A stretch of DNA of 55,441 nt from a virus (IMGVR_UViG_3300044898_000092:1-55441); one strand, 5' to 3'; shown: positions 35,732 to 44,386, counted from the first letter of the stretch. Made by a program: numbers and translations. Notes: generated by a model from the letters alone, not told the origin.

Positions 35732-36798
35732 GCCCGCACCAATTCAGGAAAGCCGTTGTGCTCGATGCCGTCGAGAAGGCGGCCGGCGTTCGCTTTGCCG
35801 ATCGGATACATTGACGTCAGGTGTGCTTTGTCGTGGCCGGCGCGCACCGCTTCGCCATAACGAGGGCCATCCGGATAAGCGAGGTCAGGCGAGAAATAGA
35901 CCGTGCCGTCGTTCGCAACCGCGTGCGGAGTGACATTCGGAAAATCAGGATGCGTCGGAGACCATCGACCCCATTGTTTGAAGAAATGCTTCACACCGGC
36001 TGCGTCGCACTGATCGCGCAGAGACCGCGCCCAATCCGGATGCATAGGTCGCGCGTCGGGTCCGCTTTCGCCGCCAACAATTACCCAATCCATAACCCCG
36101 CGCAGAATGCGATTGTACTCCGAAAGCGCGTCAATGCCGTGTGCCTTGCCGCCGTAGCCGTTATCCGGCGGCGCGATGTTTGTTAAATTGATTGGCCCCA
36201 GCAGCGGCTCAGCGCTGATAAATCTGACGGCCGCTGGCGTGAGCAATAAATCAGGAATGCGTTCATCGGCTTCCTGCTGACGTTCGGTCGAGACTCCAAG
36301 CCAGACGTTGGGGAAAGGCCACGGAACGCATTTGAAGCCGCTCGGAACATTGACGATGCGCAGCATTTCGTCGCCGATGATGTGACAACGGTTTTCGGTC
36401 GCGAAATAATCCCGCATCCGCGCGGCACGCTTCGTCAACGGCTGATAAGTGTGATGCTGCGTCAGACCCATCACGGCCAGAATCTTGTCAATCCATTCAT
36501 CGGATACAAAGTCCGCAAACAGATCGGTCATTGAATTTGGAAAGATCATCCGCGGCTTTTTCCACCGCAGCGGCAGCGTCAGCATTTCCTCGTCAAGGAA
36601 AATCTCGATATCTTTGCGATGCCCAGGTTTGAACGGCAGGCCGGTGCCGAGTCGCTTGTTGAAACCTTCCGCATAACAAAACTCACAACCTGTCGTCGCA
36701 TGTTCACAATGCCAGCCAACCTTGCCGGTTTTCAGATTGCGGGCGCGGATAGGATTCCACGTCGCGTCCGTCCACTCGATTTTGGAGCTCGCGCCCAT
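35728..36798 (-). CDS. Gp37/Gp68 (DUF5131) radical-SAM-like protein
   Basis: IEWTDATWNP, CxxxxxGCxxCYA, NSMTDLF, LTKR, SAEPLLG, WVIVGGESG, FFKQWG. Confidence 0.92.
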   Translation of the reverse strand: MGASSKIEWTDATWNPIRARNLKTGKVGWHCEHATTGCEFCYAEGFNKRLGTGLPFKPGHRKDIEIFLDEEMLTLPLRWKKPRMIFPNSMTDLFADFVSDEWIDKILAVMGLTQHHTYQPLTKRAARMRDYFATENRCHIIGDEMLRIVNVPSGFKCVPWPFPNVWLGVSTERQQEADERIPDLLLTPAAVRFISAEPLLGPINLTNIAPPDNGYGGKAHGIDALSEYNRILRGVMDWVIVGGESGPDARPMHPDWARSLRDQCDAAGVKHFFKQWGRWSPTHPDFPNVTPHAVANDGTVYFSPDLAYPDGPRYGEAVRAGHDKAHLTSMYPIGKANAGRLLDGIEHNGFPELVRA

Positions 36799-36836
36799 CA
36801 ACTAAATCCAGTCCAAGAGTGAGGTAGTCGAGTGCA

Positions 36837-37445
36837 TCAGGCGGCCTCGTCCTCAAGGATATCGGGCGAAAGACGGGTGCTCTGCGATCCGGGACGCAAG
36901 AACTTTTTGGCGTTAACGGAACGTCGATCACGTTCCGCGTCCGAAATTTCCTGCCCGCGACCGAACACGATATCCCGGCAGTGCCCGCACCAACTCTCGC
37001 CCGGCAGAGTCTCGTTCCCGCACGCGAGATAGTCGGGACATGGAGTTTCTGCGGCGATGAAGCGACATTGGTTCGCGGCGCCATTCTGAAACACGCGCAG
37101 ATCGGCGAATGGAATTTCGAGCGAGCCGATGAACGGTGGCCGTGGTGCGACTGGCGAGTCTTGCATCTTTGTCCCCTTCTTGCCTTGTCGTTCTGTTCTT
37201 TGGCGGACCACACGGGACGCGTTACGCAACTGCTCGCGTTTTTGCTTGATGCGCTGCTGTTCCTCGGGGTCGATCTGTGGTTTGCGAGAAACGAGCCCGA
37301 GCCGATGCGCCTTGCCTATAATCGAGTTGCGAGTCGCCGGAGCCATGCGCTTCGCGATAGCACCAGCCGAAAGACCGACAACCCAAAGGCGCTTCAGCTC
37401 TTCGACTCTTGCTTCTGTCCACTCGACGAGGGGGGGGTACATCAA
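36837..37445 (-). CDS. gcrA: GcrA-family cell-cycle regulator homologue
   Basis: WTEARVEELKRLW..GLSA..IA...TRNSIIGKAHRLGL; C-terminal CRF...CG...WC..H. Confidence 0.85.
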   Translation of the reverse strand: MMYPPLVEWTEARVEELKRLWVVGLSAGAIAKRMAPATRNSIIGKAHRLGLVSRKPQIDPEEQQRIKQKREQLRNASRVVRQRTERQGKKGTKMQDSPVAPRPPFIGSLEIPFADLRVFQNGAANQCRFIAAETPCPDYLACGNETLPGESWCGHCRDIVFGRGQEISDAERDRRSVNAKKFLRPGSQSTRLSPDILEDEAA

Positions 37446-37960
37446 GCAGCCCTCGCAAATTCGCCGAAGTATTCAAAAGCAGCCTGAGCATAGGCATCGT
37501 GAGCTTCTAGTGCTGTCGCGAAATAGCCGAGGCTGATTACCTTGCCCTCAACCTTTATGCGCGATGTCCATCGTTTCCCGCGCCGTTTTTCATGCGTGTA
37601 GAATGCACCCTTGAGGCCCGATCGATTGTTCGACTGCACCTTTTTGTTTTGCTTTTGCTGACTCGATGTCGCGAGCCGCAGGTTGCCAATTGCGTTGTTT
37701 GACGGGTCGGTATCTTCGTGATCGACTTCGGCACCGCCAATAGTCAGGCCGTGAACGTAAATCCACGCGAGTCGGTGCGCGCCGAGTTGCCCAAACTGCG
37801 GCACACCAATAAAAATGTATCCGCTCTTTCGCCTAGTCCCGGCCGGTCGTCCGAGCAACTTCGCATTGCTGTAGTGGACCTTCTTCCATACAAAGACACC
37901 CGTCGCCGGATCGTAATCGAACCATTCGTGGAGATGGGATTGAGTTGGTAGCTTACGCAA
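37442..37960 (-). CDS. HNH-AP2 homing endonuclease
   Basis: YDPATG.F.W, AHRLAW, DH.D..PSNN.I.NLR, AP2-like LGYFAT..EA..AY. Confidence 0.9.
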   Translation of the reverse strand: MRKLPTQSHLHEWFDYDPATGVFVWKKVHYSNAKLLGRPAGTRRKSGYIFIGVPQFGQLGAHRLAWIYVHGLTIGGAEVDHEDTDPSNNAIGNLRLATSSQQKQNKKVQSNNRSGLKGAFYTHEKRRGKRWTSRIKVEGKVISLGYFATALEAHDAYAQAAFEYFGEFARAA

Positions 37961-38501
37961 CCGAGCCTCCCAGCGAGACCGCTATTGCATGGAGGTCAGC
38001 CTCAAGTTGGGGATCAGTCTTGCGAAGGCGCTCTATCTTACGAATACCCGATAGCGCAGACGTATGGTCGCGGCCGCCAAACATGCGTCCGATTTCCGGA
38101 AGCGATCTGAGGGTCAGAACCTGAGAAAGGTAGTAGCCAACCTGGCGCGGCCTCACGACAACCACCGTCCGGCGCGCGCATAGAATGTCAGCGCGCGTTA
38201 CCTTGAAGTGCTTAGCAACCGCTATCTGGATTTCCTTGATGGTTGGACGACGAGGTTCCGATGGCTCGATCTCTGCAACGATGCAAAACCACGGCTCTTT
38301 CGGAAGGGGGATGTTCTTCTGCCTCTCAATCCATTCTTGAGCAGCATCCGCTTGCGGTTCCGGAGCCACAACAGCGGGCGGCTCAGCAGGCTGCACTCCG
38401 GCGAAAAGCCTAGATCGCCGCTCGCGTCGCGCAGCGATCCGCACGGAAGCCGGGAGCGTCAGGTAAGGATCGTTCCGAGTAAGCGCCGCTATTGCTTCCA
38501 C
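37953..38501 (-). CDS. Protein with DnaA C-terminal (domain IV) DNA-binding domain
   Basis: IQ..VA.HF.V...DI...RR...VV.PRQ...YL...SLPEIGRMFGGRDHTS; no AAA+ domain. Confidence 0.85.
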   Translation of the reverse strand: MEAIAALTRNDPYLTLPASVRIAARRERRSRLFAGVQPAEPPAVVAPEPQADAAQEWIERQKNIPLPKEPWFCIVAEIEPSEPRRPTIKEIQIAVAKHFKVTRADILCARRTVVVVRPRQVGYYLSQVLTLRSLPEIGRMFGGRDHTSALSGIRKIERLRKTDPQLEADLHAIAVSLGGSVA

Positions 38502-38598
38502 AGCATTACCCCTGCCCTTGTGGTTTGAACTCCCCCAACGCAACGATGGGATATCGTGCGTGTGATGCCGGGGGTTGGATTTACGAAACGAGACGCGG

Positions 38599-38814
38599 TT
38601 ACGCGATGCGACGTCTGAAGCTATCGGCGTCAAGTCGGATGCCGAGTTCATTTTTTTTGATCGTGAAACATCCGTTGCGGCCAAGCACAACGAACAGCGC
38701 GTGAACGGGCGCTAGCGTGAATACGAGGAAGATCAGCCAGACGAATACGGCAAACGGTCCGATGTAACTGACGACCGGATGCCCGTTGAAGCTAGCTGTG
38801 AGGCCCTTGCTCAT
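38599..38814 (-). CDS. Small membrane protein
   Basis: Hydrophobic core; ATGA coupled. Confidence 0.55.
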   Translation of the reverse strand: MSKGLTASFNGHPVVSYIGPFAVFVWLIFLVFTLAPVHALFVVLGRNGCFTIKKNELGIRLDADSFRRRIA

Positions 38815-39314
38815 CGGCGCCGTCCTTTGGACGGAGCCAGCGAACGAGCCGGCGAAGCTTGGCCTTCATAGAAAGGATCATCTTGGTAGCGCGGGGTAAC
38901 CGGACGCGCTCGCGTGGCTTCAGCTTCTTCATCCAACAGCGCCTTGTATTCGCGGGCCTGGGCGGCTTGCGCAGCGTCGAAGCTTATTCTCTTCAAAAGA
39001 GCCTTGACCCGCAACCACCACTTCGGCGTCGTCTCCGCCATTACCGCGGAGAGGTAATCCCGGCCCCATTCCGATTGGATCAGCGCGGCGAGTGCATCGG
39101 CCGGCAGAACGGCCTTTTCGCTCAACCAGTATTCAACCGTGCGTAGCGAATACCCTGTGATATCCGCAAGATGGTGCGCTGTCTTAAGAGGAAAAACGTC
39201 ACGCGATTTTTGCATGACTGCGGAATTCAACCGCAGGGCTCTGCGGCGATTACCGCAATGATCTGCGGTGACGTAATTTGCGCGGTTCGGCGTTTGAGCA
39301 GATGGTTGCATCAT
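38811..39314 (-). CDS. CII-like HTH regulator
   Basis: LADITGYSLRTVEYWL HTH; downstream of cro. Confidence 0.55.
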   Translation of the reverse strand: MMQPSAQTPNRANYVTADHCGNRRRALRLNSAVMQKSRDVFPLKTAHHLADITGYSLRTVEYWLSEKAVLPADALAALIQSEWGRDYLSAVMAETTPKWWLRVKALLKRISFDAAQAAQAREYKALLDEEAEATRARPVTPRYQDDPFYEGQASPARSLAPSKGRRR

Positions 39315-39317
39315 GGC

Positions 39318-40400
39318 TCAGATACTCGCTACTGAATTGGATTTAGAATTTTCGGCGCTGTCGCTCGCCGCGACGACACGCAATGTGCTGGAATTCCTGC
39401 GCTCAAGAGCCCAGCCAACTTCAAGTCCCGACACCAAGGCGTCAGTTTCCAGATCGAAACCGCACATGCCAGGATCAGTGGAAGAAAAAACGGCGTCCTG
39501 CCTTAAGGTCGCCAGTTTGCTCGATGCGTCAGCGGTAGAGGGGGGAGATGCTGACGCAGAGTCGGAATTGGTTTCGTCCGGCGAGCGAGTCGACGTCACC
39601 GATACTCCCCCGTCTCGACAGGGCAGCGCGTCACAAGGGGCGCCTGACGAACTGTTCCAGGAAACGGTGGGGCATATAGCGCGATTACGCGCCCTTCCCG
39701 ATGGAGCAGGCGTAGCATCGCTACCGCTCCATGTAATTGACCCGGGCTGTTGGGTGCCAAGACCGTCTCCGGAACTCGAAATTTGGTCCGCGGTATCCGA
39801 CGCCGCGGCTCGTCCCCTTTCGGGCGAAGATAAACGGGGGCCTTTTCCCGCTGCGCCTATTCGGACTTCCACGTCATGGGTCGATTCCTTCGCGTTGTCG
39901 AAACAGAAATTCATTTCTGGTTCAGGGCGCCGACGATCAATGTTTACGAAGTGGCGTTGGTGGGCTTCATGCTCATCTCCTTTTGTGATGTCGGAAGATC
40001 CACGGAACGGCGCGCAAAACAGCAGCGCAAGCACGTCCGGTTCTTTTGAAGGAGGCGTGACGGCCGCAGACGGGCCGGGGGTTGGCTTTACCGCAGCCGT
40101 CACGTTATCGCCGAGGGGAGTCGTCGCGGCGAAACTGGAATCATTTTCGAGATGGGCTTCAATCTTCAGCCAGCATTCCGCGCAGAATGCATTGGTTTCA
40201 TCGACGCGAAGAAAGGCTGGTTCGGAGCACCGTGAGCAGAGCGGGCGAGCGCAGAATGAGCCTTGCGCGTCGTCATTGGCGGGCTTCACGGCACCGCATC
40301 CATCACACAAAACGGTTCCGCCAGGACCTTCGCGCGTAGCGGGCATCTCACCGCAATTGTCGCAAGCGGCGCGGGTGTGGAGTGAGGTTGCGCCGATCAT
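39318..40400 (-). CDS. ORF with N-terminal Zn-ribbon motifs; C-terminal part doubtful
   Basis: ATGA coupled; four CxxC pairs in the first 80 aa; remainder low-complexity and overlaps hairpins. Confidence 0.4.
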   Translation of the reverse strand: MIGATSLHTRAACDNCGEMPATREGPGGTVLCDGCGAVKPANDDAQGSFCARPLCSRCSEPAFLRVDETNAFCAECWLKIEAHLENDSSFAATTPLGDNVTAAVKPTPGPSAAVTPPSKEPDVLALLFCAPFRGSSDITKGDEHEAHQRHFVNIDRRRPEPEMNFCFDNAKESTHDVEVRIGAAGKGPRLSSPERGRAAASDTADQISSSGDGLGTQQPGSITWSGSDATPAPSGRARNRAICPTVSWNSSSGAPCDALPCRDGGVSVTSTRSPDETNSDSASASPPSTADASSKLATLRQDAVFSSTDPGMCGFDLETDALVSGLEVGWALERRNSSTLRVVAASDSAENSKSNSVASI

Positions 40401-40792
40401 GCGATCCCCAGCTGATTTTCGCAGGCAACGCCGGAAGCCGCTTTCGCAGCAACCGGTCGCCCGCTACGTTGGGAGTGTTCGACGCAACCAACGGAGGTGG
40501 AGTTATGGCTGGACTTTCCGATCAGATCGGATGGGATTTCGAATGCCCGAAGTGCGGACAGAAGTTCGAGGCCACCGCGAGAAAGCTCAAGGATGAGCCG
40601 ATATTCACCTGCCCGAATTGCGGGCAACGAACGAGCCTGGACAGCGGCGGTAGCGCCGCCAAGGTCGCGGACGATCTTGACGATCTCGACCGGGCGCTGG
40701 ACGAGTTCGGTAAGGGCTGACAGTCGGGCTGTCATCTCCCGGACATCAGGCGACACCTCAGAGGAAAGCTTGAGCGTCAGGGCCTGCGTCAT
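40397..40792 (-). CDS. Hypothetical protein antisense to the Zn-ribbon gene
   Basis: ATGA coupled at both ends. Confidence 0.4.
   Translation of the reverse strand: MTQALTLKLSSEVSPDVREMTARLSALTELVQRPVEIVKIVRDLGGATAAVQARSLPAIRAGEYRLILELSRGGLELLSALRAFEIPSDLIGKSSHNSTSVGCVEHSQRSGRPVAAKAASGVACENQLGIA
40505..40720 (+). CDS. 71-aa Zn-ribbon protein
   Basis: GGAGGTGGAG RBS; CPKCG...CPNCG; acidic C-terminal helix. Confidence 0.65.
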   Translation: MAGLSDQIGWDFECPKCGQKFEATARKLKDEPIFTCPNCGQRTSLDSGGSAAKVADDLDDLDRALDEFGKG

Positions 40793-40890
40793 GACGCTGC
40801 CCTTACCCAAGGCAATACTACAAACCAGTACATGCACGCAGGCCCAATGATGGAGCCAGCAATCATCGCGATAAGGATCGCAGCCCTCAT
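40789..40890 (-). CDS. 33-aa single-TM peptide (not in ORF track)
   Basis: MRAAILIAMIAGSIIGPACMYWFVVLPWVRAAS; ATGA at both ends. Confidence 0.5.
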   Translation of the reverse strand: MRAAILIAMIAGSIIGPACMYWFVVLPWVRAAS

Positions 40891-41891
40891 GACGCTGCCC
40901 GATCTAGTGCTGGTTCGGGGATGGGCTGAGGCCGGCACGCAAGGGTGACGCCTGTTTTTTCCGAGATGGATGTTAAATGTTTACGGTTAGGAACATGGTG
41001 GCCGCACTCCCAGCCAGAAAGAGTATTCAGCGAAACTCCGAGGTGTCGCGCTGCGCTGGGTTGCGTCAAATTGAGCGAATTACGCCAAACCTCCAGCGGA
41101 TGCAGCGGTCTTCGTTGCCGTACAGGAACATTTTGCATGGACGCGACGAATTGTTCGACTCGCGCAATTGTTTGGGGGCTAGGTATGCTACCGGCGCGAA
41201 GTTTTTCAACGAAATGAGGATCATTCAAAGCGGCGCGGCCCAAGCCGCTGGCAGTCATTCCCCTATCTCTCAGACAACTTTCAACGAGATCGATAAATCC
41301 GTCAGCCAAACCTTGCGAGGCACCCTGCCGGTTAACCCAATAGTCCCTCATATTTTCGACGCCGGTCGCGATGTAGACGTTATCGACCGAATAGGGACCG
41401 GTATCGTTCAAGCGACACATGCAATAGCCGTCCCCTCTCCCCCGCTCGTTCCAATGCCCGGACTGCTCCCAGGCCTTCCACCATTGCCAGAGATTGAAGT
41501 CCCAACCGATGCCGCGTTCTTTTGCGTTCCGTCGCTGGTTCCAGTAGGCCCGCGTTGGCTTGCCTGGATGCTTCAAAATTCGCTTGTATTCAGCGTAGCT
41601 GCATCCCCACAGTTTGAGCGATCGTGCGTTGTGTTGTGCGTCGAGCAAGTCGCGCCAGCGCCTGACGGACAGGCTCATGCCTCCATCGGAGGCGTGAATC
41701 CCATAATGCTTTGTGAGAATTTGGCGGACGCGCTCGCGGGATACCTTGTACTTCCGGCCGATTACCGTGAGCGTTTTCCCGTCGAGATACATCGCACGCA
41801 TCGCATGGCTACGAGCGTCCGGACCCTTAAACAATCCGGGCGGGCGGCCGCGGCGGCGGGGCATTGTGCTAGTGGAGGATGCCAGATTCAT
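40887..41891 (-). CDS. Multidomain protein: sigma-r4-like HTH, His-Me/HNH-like domain, two HTHs
   Basis: TL..IG.KY.VSRERVRQI; YCMCR.NDTGPYSVDNV; GMTASGLGRAALNDP.FV; LTQ..AA..LGVS.NTLS.WE.G. Confidence 0.7.
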   Translation of the reverse strand: MNLASSTSTMPRRRGRPPGLFKGPDARSHAMRAMYLDGKTLTVIGRKYKVSRERVRQILTKHYGIHASDGGMSLSVRRWRDLLDAQHNARSLKLWGCSYAEYKRILKHPGKPTRAYWNQRRNAKERGIGWDFNLWQWWKAWEQSGHWNERGRGDGYCMCRLNDTGPYSVDNVYIATGVENMRDYWVNRQGASQGLADGFIDLVESCLRDRGMTASGLGRAALNDPHFVEKLRAGSIPSPQTIARVEQFVASMQNVPVRQRRPLHPLEVWRNSLNLTQPSAARHLGVSLNTLSGWECGHHVPNRKHLTSISEKTGVTLACRPQPIPEPALDRAAS

Positions 41892-42142
41892 GCGACCCCC
41901 TGCTCCGCATGCGCCGGAAGCGCGCCTGCCAAGTCCGGACAGGCATCTAAAGCGGAGACGGCGCCGGGTGCCGCGCGGGAAAGACGGATGGCCCACGTCG
42001 GGTCAATCTCTATTTCCCCGAGAAGCAACTTGCTTACGGTCTGCTGAGCGCAGCCGAGCTTTTCCGCAAGGAGCGCCTGCTTCCCGCCACAGGCGTCGAT
42101 CGCTGCTTTGACGTGCGGATTGAGTTTGGCGGGAGCGTCCAT
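41888..42142 (-). CDS. cro: Cro-like repressor
   Basis: GGKQALLAEKLGCAQQTVSK HTH; divergent from cI. Confidence 0.8.
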   Translation of the reverse strand: MDAPAKLNPHVKAAIDACGGKQALLAEKLGCAQQTVSKLLLGEIEIDPTWAIRLSRAAPGAVSALDACPDLAGALPAHAEQGVA

Positions 42143-42230
42143 GGAAATAGCAAATAACCCAATTTCGGGTACCCGTCAATACCCGCAAAGGGATAACCCT
42201 TTTGTACCCGTAATCGGGTATAGAATGGGG
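42143..42230. promoter_or_regulatory. OR-like switch: three operators (TACCCG-N4-CGGGTA) and divergent promoters
   Basis: Sites at 42156-42171, 42180-42195 and 42205-42220 (perfect); minus-strand TTGACG-17-TATTTG; plus-strand TATAGA just before cI. Confidence 0.8.
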
Positions 42231-42893
42231 ATGGACGCGAAAGAAGTTGGCCTCAGGATACGGAATGCGCGGGAACTCAAGGGGCTTTCCCAAGAGGAAG
42301 TCGCTGAAACCGTTGGCGGCGGCCAATCCACCATCGGTCGGATTGAAAACGGCGACTTTAAGCGTATGCCGTCGGTGTTGCCAGCCATCGCCCGTCTGCT
42401 CGATCTGCCGATGGATGAGCTAGACCCGGACTTGGCAGGGATCGCCCCGCCCGCCCCTGGTTCACTCATTCCCGGCACCAAACTGCTCGGCCGAAACGAT
42501 TGGCCGGTGCACGCGTCTGCCGAAGGCGGCCCGGGCCAAATCATCATCACCACAGATCCAATCGAATTCGCGCCGCGGCCGGGCATCGTCGAGACGGTCC
42601 GCGAATCCTACGGCCTGATCATCACCGGGACATCAATGTTTCCGGAGTTTAGGCACGGCGAGACGGCGATCGTGAACCCCCTACTCCCGCCTCAGCCCGG
42701 CGAAGTGCACGTTTTCTATGCCGAGCGCGAAGGCTCTGCGCGCGCCCAGATCAAAGAATTGCGCCGGCAGACAGCCGAGCAGTGGCTCGTTTCTCAGCAC
42801 AACCCGCCCGATGGGGCAAAGAAAGATTTCGCTTTGCTGCGCAGGGAATGGCAATGGGCGCATCGGGTTTTGGGTAAGTATTCGAGGAGGTAA
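42231..42893 (+). CDS. cI: CI repressor (XRE HTH plus S24 autopeptidase)
   Basis: LSQEEVA...QSTIGRIENG; AEGG cleavage region; GTSMFP serine; IK lysine. Confidence 0.92.
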   Translation: MDAKEVGLRIRNARELKGLSQEEVAETVGGGQSTIGRIENGDFKRMPSVLPAIARLLDLPMDELDPDLAGIAPPAPGSLIPGTKLLGRNDWPVHASAEGGPGQIIITTDPIEFAPRPGIVETVRESYGLIITGTSMFPEFRHGETAIVNPLLPPQPGEVHVFYAEREGSARAQIKELRRQTAEQWLVSQHNPPDGAKKDFALLRREWQWAHRVLGKYSRR

Positions 42894-42897
42894 GGCG

Positions 42898-43389
42898 ATG
42901 AAAGTTGTTATTGCTATTGTTGGCCTATTCGCATTTTCTACCGCCGCTTGCGCGCAAGACTGTAGGACCATTCAGGATGCTGCGGCGAGGCTCGCGTGTT
43001 TTGATAAGCCGCCTAAACCAGCCACGCCAAAGGCCGTTGCCGTGAAGAAGCCTGTCGTCGCTGGCGATGCTTTTGCAGTCGCTAAGGCGGCGATGACGCG
43101 AAAGCTTACAGACCCGATGTCCGCTCAATGGCTGGACCTTTACAAAGTTGCAACGCCGGCTGGGGAAATGGTCTGCGGGTTGGTCAACTCGAAGAACAGA
43201 ATGGGCGGATACGCAGGCGCAACGGGTTTCATCTATATCCCATCAATTTCTCAGGCTGTCCTGATGTTTAACGGCGTTGCGGACCCCGAGCCCGCAGAAA
43301 CCGGTCTGCGAAACTACTGCATCTATTGTGCTGATGATCCGCGCTCAGATGCAAAGGTAAGGCCGCATTGCGTCAATTACCCTCATTAG
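42898..43389 (+). CDS. Secreted/periplasmic protein of the immunity region
   Basis: Signal peptide MKVVIAIVGLFAFSTAACA; VCG.VN.KN..GGY.G motif. Confidence 0.7.
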   Translation: MKVVIAIVGLFAFSTAACAQDCRTIQDAAARLACFDKPPKPATPKAVAVKKPVVAGDAFAVAKAAMTRKLTDPMSAQWLDLYKVATPAGEMVCGLVNSKNRMGGYAGATGFIYIPSISQAVLMFNGVADPEPAETGLRNYCIYCADDPRSDAKVRPHCVNYPH

Positions 43390-43426
43390 GGCTTGTCCTC
43401 GCCCTCCGGTTGCGGAATGATCCGCT

Positions 43427-44353
43427 ATGGTTGGGGGCAGCCAAGTGGTGGGGATCACAGACTTTATCGCGCTGGATGTGGAAACGGCAAATGCTGACTT
43501 CGGCAGCATCTGCGCGATCGGCCTTGTGCATTTCAGGGCCGGAGAAGTGTTCAAGTCCCTAACGATTCTGGTTGACCCAGAAGACGAGTTTGACCCAATA
43601 AACATTGGGATTCACGGCATTGGACCGGAGCACGTCATCGGCAAGCCGACGATGGCAAGGGTCTTTCCTGTTATAGCGGCGGCGCTACAAGACGCAGCGA
43701 TCGTCCACCACAGTCCATTTGACAGGACGGCATTAGCGCGGGCTGCAGGCCGGTACGGCACGGGAGGCCTTCCCTGTACCTGGCTGGACTCCTGTCAAGT
43801 CGCCAAACTGACGTGGGGTCAGTTCCGCGAGAGCGGCGGGTACGGGCTGGCAAATCTGGCCAGGGCCTTCGAAATCGAATTCAGGCATCACGAGGCGGCA
43901 GAGGATGCGCGTGCGGCCGGTCTTCTATTGCTTCACGCCATCGGAGACGGCGGGACAACGCTGCAGGGGCTGGTCGATGACCTTGGCTACGAATCGACAA
44001 TAGACACATCCCCGCGGCGAATTAACAAGCGGACGGTCTATGCTGGCAAAGTAGCGCAGCGCGGCCTTTCGACGGGACCGCTAGCCGGCGAGACAATCGT
44101 ATTTACCGGAGCCCTTCAGATCACTCGGGCGGAAGCTGCAAGCGAGGCCGCTATCGCCGGCTGCAACGTGGACGACGGCATCACCAAGAGAACAACGCTG
44201 CTTGTCGTAGGCGATCAGGATTTAAAGCTTACTAGAGGTCAGGAAAAGAGTTCCAAGCATCGGAAAGCCGAGGCTATGATCGCGAACGGGGCGCTGATCA
44301 GGATCGTTGGCGAAAGCGATTTTATGCTCATGGTTCGCGAGACCGAACCCTAG
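43427..44353 (+). CDS. DEDDh 3'-5' exonuclease (DnaQ-like) fused to BRCT
   Basis: FIALDVETAN, HH..FD, HHEAAEDA; BRCT LAGETIVFTGAL...TTLLVVG. Confidence 0.9.
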   Translation: MVGGSQVVGITDFIALDVETANADFGSICAIGLVHFRAGEVFKSLTILVDPEDEFDPINIGIHGIGPEHVIGKPTMARVFPVIAAALQDAAIVHHSPFDRTALARAAGRYGTGGLPCTWLDSCQVAKLTWGQFRESGGYGLANLARAFEIEFRHHEAAEDARAAGLLLLHAIGDGGTTLQGLVDDLGYESTIDTSPRRINKRTVYAGKVAQRGLSTGPLAGETIVFTGALQITRAEAASEAAIAGCNVDDGITKRTTLLVVGDQDLKLTRGQEKSSKHRKAEAMIANGALIRIVGESDFMLMVRETEP

Positions 44354-44386
44354 CCTCCCCAGCCCATCCGACCACCCGGCATTTTT

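Noticed and set aside
37953-38690. Host dnaA / chromosomal origin
   Set aside because: Only domain IV is present, embedded in a phage operon; the upstream extension in the ORF track overlaps another gene
40977-42047. 356-aa plus-strand ORF
   Set aside because: Antisense to a motif-bearing gene and cro; no RBS or domain features
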